From sequence record ON568341.1: a stretch of DNA of 64,000 nucleotides; one strand, given 5' to 3'. A model generated the notes under the pieces. The model was not told where the DNA came from, searched no databases, and was given only the letters and a program-made list of their open reading frames with translations. A program made the position numbers and the translations under genes. Origin of the DNA: Escherichia phage UE-S1. Positions 56,211 through 64,000 of this stretch are shown one piece after another. Within the stretch, counting starts at the first letter, position 1; each line of letters starts with the position of its first letter.

Positions 56211-57041
56211 ATGTCATTGGAAAAAGTAATCATTTCTGAATTCCGAAAGTATATCATGGATTGTGATAGAGATGTGCAACGTAAATTCAATGAGTATCTT
56301 GACAAATATCCGTATTTGATGTTTAATCCGTTTGAAGTTGATAATGATTTATATCTTGGATTTTACATAGGATTTACTCACCGAATTCTACATAAAGATG
56401 AGATGAAACAATCTGAGATTTGGGTAGAAACTGACTCAGCCGAGTCTAATATTTTTTATCTTTATACATATTATGCCGAAATTGTTAGAGATATGACACC
56501 TGACGGTTGTCTATTTGTACAATCGTCTGATATTGAAAGAATATATGTAGAACCTGTATCTTTGGACATGGTTGCACAACTTCCAACTATCCAACAGTTA
56601 GGTGCGGAAGAATTAACTTATTCTGTATTTGAATATTTAAATAGAGATGATTTGACTCAAGAAATTGATAAAATGGTTTCTAAATATACTTCATCCCTTA
56701 TTTCGGATGGTAAACTCAGATTGGAATTAATTTTTGAAGATACGAGTATTAATCCAGTAAGAGGGGTTACAATTGGAAACGTTACCATACGTGTTGTTTA
56801 CGATAATGAAGTTCTAGGATATATCTCAAAACGTGGTCATGATTTATGTATAAATAGAACATTCGTTATTTCTCGTAAAAAATGGAATGATTTAATGCAG
56901 AAAATTGTTGACGGCAGTAAAATTCGTGATATAATATGTAATGATATGGTAATAATGAATCCCGATGTTGACTGTGATGTATATTTTCCAGTACCTGGGT
57001 TTACACGAGAAAACTTTAGTAAATTGAAGGATACGAAATGA
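56211..57041 (+). CDS. hypothetical protein (276 aa)
   Basis: ORF in track. Confidence 0.5.
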   Translation: MSLEKVIISEFRKYIMDCDRDVQRKFNEYLDKYPYLMFNPFEVDNDLYLGFYIGFTHRILHKDEMKQSEIWVETDSAESNIFYLYTYYAEIVRDMTPDGCLFVQSSDIERIYVEPVSLDMVAQLPTIQQLGAEELTYSVFEYLNRDDLTQEIDKMVSKYTSSLISDGKLRLELIFEDTSINPVRGVTIGNVTIRVVYDNEVLGYISKRGHDLCINRTFVISRKKWNDLMQKIVDGSKIRDIICNDMVIMNPDVDCDVYFPVPGFTRENFSKLKDTK

Positions 57042-57328
57042 AAATTTTAGAAGTCTTGCTAGAAAAAGATGCATCTGGTACACTTTATGTTGGTAATGAG
57101 TTCAGTCCAGATCCAATTGATATGTTACAAAGAATCCAAACACTGACTCAAAATATCTCAGTTAAAAAACCGTTTCAGAAAGAATTGGAAATCTTTTGTG
57201 ATAAAGATATTGAACAGCATGATAATGTGATTTCAGATATTAAAAGTCTATTGACAAAAAATGGTTATGTAGAGTATAATCCTCCTATCGTAATCGTTAT
57301 TCCAGACTTCATGAAAGGAACAATCTAA
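57038..57328 (+). CDS. hypothetical protein (96 aa)
   Basis: ORF with ATGA overlap. Confidence 0.45.
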   Translation: MKILEVLLEKDASGTLYVGNEFSPDPIDMLQRIQTLTQNISVKKPFQKELEIFCDKDIEQHDNVISDIKSLLTKNGYVEYNPPIVIVIPDFMKGTI

Positions 57329-57597
57329 TGACTAAAGACGAAATGAAATCTCGCTTAAGAGAACTGAAGAAAGAGCGTAAACTAGTACGTTTAGACTGGG
57401 ATATCCTTAACAGGAAAGATGAGCAATCATATGCTAACTGGAGTTCTGAGAAAGTACGAAATGACCGTTCTAAAGAAGATGCAAAGCAATTCATGGCATT
57501 AACGAAGCGACTAACATCTTTGAACAGTGAAATTGCTGGCCTTCAGAAAGAGATCATTTCCATTCTTAAAGCGGAGATTGAATCACTCTATGAATAA
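57328..57597 (+). CDS. hypothetical protein (89 aa)
   Basis: ORF in track. Confidence 0.4.
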   Translation: MTKDEMKSRLRELKKERKLVRLDWDILNRKDEQSYANWSSEKVRNDRSKEDAKQFMALTKRLTSLNSEIAGLQKEIISILKAEIESLYE

Positions 57598-57886
57598 CCA
57601 TGAAGTAATTCATTTTGATGATAAGATCTATGTACCAAATAGTGATAGTACTGAAACATATTACCTAATCAATAAGATTATGGCTGAAACAAATACTTGT
57701 TGTCACCAACAGCCGGGAAAATATGAATTCAGACAGACTGTTGGCTATTACCGATATGATATGTTAGAATCATTTATAATTGATAAGTCTAAAGTTATTG
57801 ACATTCTTGTACAGAATGGATATAATGAAGAACAGGTAAATGATACAGATTTACCAGTTTCACAAATTGTTCTTTCTAATAATTAA
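57590..57886 (+). CDS. hypothetical protein
   Basis: Track ORF 57527-57886; ATG at 57590 overlaps upstream stop. Confidence 0.4.
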   Translation: MNNHEVIHFDDKIYVPNSDSTETYYLINKIMAETNTCCHQQPGKYEFRQTVGYYRYDMLESFIIDKSKVIDILVQNGYNEEQVNDTDLPVSQIVLSNN

Positions 57887-57888
57887 AG

Positions 57889-57918
57889 TTGGACAATAAA
57901 CATATATTGTGATATAAT
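57889..57918 (+). promoter_or_regulatory. candidate promoter (TTGGAC-18-TATAAT)
   Basis: tgTGATATAAT -10 context shared with promoters at 33018 and 62466. Confidence 0.4.
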
Positions 57919-57953
57919 ATTTGTTATCGGCAGATGTTAAAATGCAAACCATT

Positions 57954-57973
57954 CCTCAATGATGAGGGTTTTT
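57954..57973 (+). terminator. short hairpin plus T-tract between promoter and downstream gene (terminator or attenuator)
   Basis: CCTCAatgaTGAGG followed by GTTTTTC. Confidence 0.4.
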
Positions 57974-58001
57974 CATAAAAAAGAAATAAAAGGGTATTAA
58001 A

Positions 58002-58211
58002 ATGGCTAAAGAAACTAACGCACAAGTACTAGATATCACCGACTTCGACCGCACCGTGAACTACATTCAATTCCAGATTCATCAAGCAGAAGAAGCTCTA
58101 GCAGTCTTTCACGGTACTGGTGCAAGGCCAATCCGTTTTGCTCACTTGATTGCATGGAAGAAAAGTCTTCAAGAAGAACTATCTGAACTGCGTAAAGCAA
58201 ATCGTAAGTAA
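58002..58211 (+). CDS. hypothetical small protein (69 aa)
   Basis: ORF in track. Confidence 0.4.
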   Translation: MAKETNAQVLDITDFDRTVNYIQFQIHQAEEALAVFHGTGARPIRFAHLIAWKKSLQEELSELRKANRK

Positions 58212-58276
58212 TTTATCTTACCGCCTCATCATTGTTGATGGGGCATTTTAATCATATAAAGTAAGAGGATTTATAA

Positions 58277-58783
58277 ATGAGTGTTGAATATTGGTTTTTG
58301 ATTGTGTGTATTGGGACACTGGCACTAATCACCATTGGTTTGACCTTCAATACTATGATCAGTGGGAGTAAGTACTTTAAAACATTTCAACTTTTAATGT
58401 CTGCAATGCCATATAGTGCTGATGCCGAAAAAACAATTACTCTAATTTTAGATAAGTTCGATGCAAATCTTTTGATTGCTAAAATTTCAGCGTGCGATAC
58501 AAATATTGTATTTTACTCACCAGATAATGACTTGGATAAAAAAGATACCCAATACTCAAACCAAGCAGTTGCTGAAATTTTTATTGGTTCAAAATATTAT
58601 GCCTATGGATATGTAAGAAAATATTATTCAGAAGCAAAAGCTGAGTTGACAAAAAAACGACCTTCTATTAAAACGTTAAAACGCATCATTGCGTTGGAAA
58701 AATCACTTCGCGGACAGACAAGCGTAAATGAACCACCATCAGTGATTAAATCCAAAAAAAGTAACGTAGTGGAGTTAGAGTAA
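58277..58783 (+). CDS. N-terminally membrane-anchored protein (168 aa)
   Basis: Hydrophobic N-terminus WFLIVCIGTLALITIGL. Confidence 0.45.
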   Translation: MSVEYWFLIVCIGTLALITIGLTFNTMISGSKYFKTFQLLMSAMPYSADAEKTITLILDKFDANLLIAKISACDTNIVFYSPDNDLDKKDTQYSNQAVAEIFIGSKYYAYGYVRKYYSEAKAELTKKRPSIKTLKRIIALEKSLRGQTSVNEPPSVIKSKKSNVVELE

Positions 58784-59073
58784 TGGAACCAGAAAAATCA
58801 AAACAAATTCTTATTGATGTACAAGCTAAACTGTTAGATGTTATGGAAATCATCAATGAGTTACCATCGGGTTATAAGTACAAAGTTCGTGAAATGTTAT
58901 CATGTGCTGAAACTGTTGTTTCTATGTATAATGATATACAGCATGGTGTTATTCCTGATATTCTCAAAAATGACGTAAATATTGATACTGATGAAAAAGA
59001 AACAAATATAGAATCAGAAACAATCTCTAATAAAAAAGTTCTTGACATTAGTGGTATAAAAATTAATATCTAA
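58783..59073 (+). CDS. hypothetical protein (96 aa)
   Basis: ORF in track. Confidence 0.45.
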   Translation: MEPEKSKQILIDVQAKLLDVMEIINELPSGYKYKVREMLSCAETVVSMYNDIQHGVIPDILKNDVNIDTDEKETNIESETISNKKVLDISGIKINI

Positions 59074-59257
59074 TAACATCCAATAGGAGAAGTAATGAGT
59101 AATCAAAAAATTGATTTAGTAGTAAAACTTCAAGAGATTCAATCACTAGCTAAAGAACTCGATGAAGCACGTGCATCAGTGGTCGATTCTTTGTGTGCAA
59201 CCATATTAGCTGTATTTTCAGATTATGATAAAAACACTGATTAACATTACTTTTTAT

Positions 59258-59287
59258 ATACCCAGTCAAGTACTGGGTATTTTTTTA
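59258..59287 (+). terminator. intrinsic terminator
   Basis: ATACCCAGTcaagtACTGGGTAT followed by TTTTTTT. Confidence 0.7.
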
Positions 59288-59297
59288 AGGAAATAAA

Positions 59298-59543
59298 ATG
59301 ACTGAATCAGAACTACACGAAATGATAGATTTCATTTATGAAATGGTGCAAGATAAAAATAACATCAATACAATTGCATCAGGCCCAAGACAAATTGGTA
59401 ACCAAATAACATATTCTTTGTCCTTATGGTTACACCCGTGCTTAAAGGTTGATTGTTTGTATTTCCGTCCTGATATTGATGCATATTATTTTGTAAATCA
59501 TGATGCATTAATGAAACCACATAATCGTCCTGTTGATGGATAA
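59298..59543 (+). CDS. hypothetical protein (81 aa)
   Basis: ORF in track. Confidence 0.4.
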   Translation: MTESELHEMIDFIYEMVQDKNNINTIASGPRQIGNQITYSLSLWLHPCLKVDCLYFRPDIDAYYFVNHDALMKPHNRPVDG

Positions 59544-59738
59544 CTTTGTGACGCACCCATTTTACCTGGCTGATTCTGAAGAAGATGAGTTTCAAAAGAA
59601 CACAACGTTAAGCCCTAGCGAAATTTGCATCCCTTACACACTAAAAGATAAAATGATTTACATCACAGAAGTTATGAAAACATGCTGGTAAGTGCAATGA
59701 AACTCTGATATAATACTATGACTTACTAAGGAGAACAT

Positions 59739-60308
59739 ATGAACTTTATTAAATTCAACACATCTGAGTCAGAAGCATACTTTAATACAAATAATAAATT
59801 TAATATTATTCTTAAAGACGGAACGGTTGTTATCGGAGTATCATTGCTTTCATTTGATGGCGAAAAACTCAATACTGTTTATAAATTCACCAATCTTGAT
59901 GGTGATTACTGGGATACATCAGATGTATCTAAAATTTGCACACATTATGTATTTGAATCTATTGAAGTTGGTGATGGCTGGGCATTGACCTGTAATGGTA
60001 ATAAAGTATTTTCTGGTAACATATTTGGGGTAATTTCCAGTAAAGAAATCGTAGACCATCATCTTCATGTTCTCAATAATAACGCCAACACTTATACACC
60101 TGATAATATCAAAATTCACGATATTGTAACATATACTGATTATAATGGTTTCAGACATAAAGCAATCGTAACTGAAGTTAAAAAACCAAAAAATTATTTC
60201 GACCACGGTTTAATTGAAGTATATATGGTAGGTGGCGAAAAACAATACTTTGATCATTTCACTTATACTGGTTGGGATAGATTCCTAACCGTTATTGAGG
60301 AATACTAA
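59739..60308 (+). CDS. hypothetical protein (189 aa)
   Basis: ORF in track. Confidence 0.5.
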   Translation: MNFIKFNTSESEAYFNTNNKFNIILKDGTVVIGVSLLSFDGEKLNTVYKFTNLDGDYWDTSDVSKICTHYVFESIEVGDGWALTCNGNKVFSGNIFGVISSKEIVDHHLHVLNNNANTYTPDNIKIHDIVTYTDYNGFRHKAIVTEVKKPKNYFDHGLIEVYMVGGEKQYFDHFTYTGWDRFLTVIEEY

Positions 60309-60309
60309 C

Positions 60310-60798
60310 ATGCCGATTCGTGGTGTACCAGAACCATTAATGGAAGTTATTAAGCATGTTCGCATTGGAGATCGAGAAGTTAATCTTCGCCGTAATAACA
60401 TTTATTACTTTAAAACTTCAGAAATGAGTTCTGTACAGATTGTCATTGGTACATCTATTAAGATTACTCGTGTACTTGATGGTAGTACTGACTTCGTTGA
60501 ATATAATGTACTTACTAATAAAGTAACGCATATATATAAATGGAGTGGGTATAAAACTATTAAGTATGAATTTGACTTAGCTAGAACTGAAGAAGAACGA
60601 TTTATGCTGAGTACTATCAATCCAGCAAACTATCCCGATCTTGATGCATTTTTGCTAATTTTAAAATTGTATAATGAAGCAAATCAGAAAGCTAAAGAGT
60701 ATGATAGAATCATGTATGAACGCCGAAAAGAACGTGCACAAAAAAGTTATGATCTGTATGATAGCCCATACGTGAAATATACTAAGGGGTCGAAATGA
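60310..60798 (+). CDS. member of FQxST-motif paralog family (variant FMLST)
   Basis: RTEEERFMLSTINPANY; ATG at 60310. Confidence 0.5.
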   Translation: MPIRGVPEPLMEVIKHVRIGDREVNLRRNNIYYFKTSEMSSVQIVIGTSIKITRVLDGSTDFVEYNVLTNKVTHIYKWSGYKTIKYEFDLARTEEERFMLSTINPANYPDLDAFLLILKLYNEANQKAKEYDRIMYERRKERAQKSYDLYDSPYVKYTKGSK

Positions 60799-61199
60799 AT
60801 AAAGAAGTTCAAATTATCATAACTCCACCTATACAAAGTCTGGATGTATCCATTAGTGATTTTTTGGAAAAATACTATGAATGGTTTAATGAAGATTCAG
60901 TAATTTATAACCATTCATTACCTGATGGTTTCGTTGAGCTTATTGAATTAAATGCCAAATCACTATACTTCTGTGTTGAATACAATGATTATATGACAGA
61001 TGAAGCATATCGTTTTCGTTGTACATTGTATCCTAACCATTTTTCCATTGGTTATAAAGACTATCAGTACTGCACCACTAACTACAGTGTAGAGGAAGAA
61101 TTTCAGTACAATTTACTTTATCCAGATTTAGATTATACTATTGCAGTACTGTTATCTAAAATTATGGATTTTTATAAAGGTAAATACAGTGCAGCCTAA
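60795..61199 (+). CDS. probable divergent member of the FQxST-motif family
   Basis: SVEEEFQYNLLYPDL. Confidence 0.4.
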   Translation: MNKEVQIIITPPIQSLDVSISDFLEKYYEWFNEDSVIYNHSLPDGFVELIELNAKSLYFCVEYNDYMTDEAYRFRCTLYPNHFSIGYKDYQYCTTNYSVEEEFQYNLLYPDLDYTIAVLLSKIMDFYKGKYSAA

Positions 61200-61370
61200 A
61201 ACATTTGACGAGTGGTATCAAATGCATTACAATATAAATGCAGGTGATGTATACTTCTTTAAGTTGGAGTTGTTTTTATTGTTAAATGATCCCGAATCGT
61301 ACTATAACAATATCATTCACTGTGATGATTTTAGTACATATTTTAGTATAGCCGTTATGGATATTAAGAG

Positions 61371-61890
<520 letters not shown>

Positions 61891-61891
61891 A

Positions 61892-62071
61892 ATGACACAC
61901 AAAGAATGGATGTCCAAACAACATAAAGAACATGATTTCTTTGGGAATGGTATTCGTCAGGTACACTATGACATCTTAAGAGATGAAAATCTTTTCAGGT
62001 CATATGTTTTGGATACCAGAAAACCCTGGTTTATATGCGAACTGGCATTTAGAAAAACAATCAAACAATGA
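61892..62071 (+). CDS. MTHxEW mini-protein family member 2 (59 aa)
   Basis: Hand-translated: MTHKEWMSKQHKEHDFFGNGIRQVHYDILRDENLFRSYVLDTRKPWFICELAFRKTIKQ. Confidence 0.45.
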   Translation: MTHKEWMSKQHKEHDFFGNGIRQVHYDILRDENLFRSYVLDTRKPWFICELAFRKTIKQ

Positions 62072-62165
62072 ATATAGAAAATTGCGTTAGTGTATCTAAA
62101 GCACTTGCATAAATGATTAATTCATTATATAATGATTATCATTGGTTCTAAATGAGGATAATATT

Positions 62166-62438
62166 ATGCATTTTGAAAAATTCAACACAAGTCGTGACAC
62201 ACGCATTGATGTTCTTTATGAAACACAAGACTCAATTAGTATTCGTACACGTAGTGGTGATGTATATCATGACTGCACTATTGGTTGGAAACAGGGAAGA
62301 ACACGTAGTGCAGAATTCGATAATTATCGCTTCTTCCAAGATGACACCACAATCTGGCCTGAAGATGTAGAAGATATTGCAATCGAAGATGAACATAAAG
62401 ATGAATTTATCAAATTTAATCCCCAAACCGAATCATAA
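62166..62438 (+). CDS. hypothetical protein
   Basis: Track ORF 62142-62438; ATG at 62166 after GAGGA RBS. Confidence 0.4.
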   Translation: MHFEKFNTSRDTRIDVLYETQDSISIRTRSGDVYHDCTIGWKQGRTRSAEFDNYRFFQDDTTIWPEDVEDIAIEDEHKDEFIKFNPQTES

Positions 62439-62452
62439 ATAATGGGACAGCA

Positions 62453-62571
<119 letters not shown>

Positions 62572-62575
62572 AATA

Positions 62576-62652
62576 CGGGGTATAGCACAATTGGATAGTG
62601 CAAGAGAATTCTAATCTCTAGGTTGGGGGTTCAAGTCCCTCTACCTCGGCCA
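62576..62652 (+). tRNA. tRNA-Arg (anticodon UCU), CCA encoded
   Basis: Acceptor CGGGGTA/TACCTCG, D-arm GCAC-AATTGGATA-GTGC, anticodon stem AGAGA/TCTCT with loop ATTCTAA, T-arm GGGGG-TTCAAGT-CCCTC, then GCCA. Confidence 0.8.
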
Positions 62653-62675
62653 ATTTTAATTAAAGGTTAAAAACC

Positions 62676-63431
<756 letters not shown>

Positions 63432-63479
63432 ATTCAGTACCAAGGAGATTAATATGTTTAAAGATGAACGTCCAGATTT

Positions 63480-63520
<41 letters not shown>

Positions 63521-63886
63521 GAATTCCACAATCAGACGTATATGGTGTAAGCTACGTCGATGCTATCCAGAACAAGATCTCTGGTACTCTAGGAAGTGGT
63601 GAATGTTAACCTAGACGGGTTTGATAATTGGACGATAGGCAATTATTACTTGACTAGCAGGTTGAAACTAGAGGTGACAGTCCTTCACCAAACTGGAAAA
63701 CCGGATGGACTTTTATTTAAAAGGGTAAGGCGTGGAAATATGTTTACAGTAGTTACTTTTAGTAGCCTGTACGCCCCACGTTAAGGTAGTCGAAAGGCAA
63801 GTTAAAACGGGTAGTTATAAAGCTGAATTAACAGCGGCGTTTAACAGCGTCACAAAATATACGCATGTTGAATGAGAGGACTAGCC
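63521..63886 (+). other. compositionally atypical (more GC-rich) segment downstream of promoter copy B; candidate structured RNA or long leader
   Basis: The only ORF here (63596-63784, GTG start) uses codons rare elsewhere in the window (AGG, CTA, GGG, ATA); no tRNA-like T-loop found. Confidence 0.25.
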
Positions 63887-64000
63887 ATGATGTTTACTCA
63901 GGAACGATTAAACGAGATTGAGCAAGAACTCTTGAAGATTCAACATGAATTACAAGCCGTTGTTCGTCCTGTTAATTCAGATAATAACGTTTTATCAAAG
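63887..64000 (+). CDS. hypothetical protein, 3'-truncated by window end
   Basis: ATG after GAGAGG RBS, open to window edge. Confidence 0.3.
   Translation, partial: MMFTQERLNEIEQELLKIQHELQAVVRPVNSDNNVLSK

Overview
AT-rich, densely packed window that reads like part of a large virulent phage genome with a T4-superfamily-like replication and nucleotide-metabolism module, transcribed almost entirely on the + strand. All calls come from reading motifs in the supplied ORF translations and the DNA; no database search was run and manually derived coordinates may be off by a few bases. Recognisable genes: DnaG/gp61-type primase, DnaB/gp41-type helicase, class Ia ribonucleotide reductase (nrdA, nrdB), dihydrofolate reductase, RnhA-type RNase HI, Dda-type helicase, an IF3 homolog, a two-subunit type II topoisomerase, a GroES-like co-chaperonin, a clamp-loader ATPase, a HAD-type nucleotidase, a DEDDh exonuclease, a C5-cytosine DNA methyltransferase interrupted by a LAGLIDADG intein, and three tRNAs (Gly-UCC, Ser-UGA, Arg-UCU). 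The region from about 46 kb to 64 kb is accessory-like: mostly small ORFs, including at least 13 paralogs sharing a C-terminal EE-x-[FY]-F-Q-x-S-[TL]-[IV] motif and a second family of about 55-aa proteins (MTHxEW...) interleaved with the tRNAs. Intrinsic terminators and sigma70-like promoters are frequent; several promoters have the -10 hexamer embedded in an inverted repeat. One minus-strand island (17.1-18.4 kb) carries tandem paralogous membrane-anchored proteins, one of them frameshifted. A compositionally atypical segment of about 370 bp near the 3' end may be a structured RNA.
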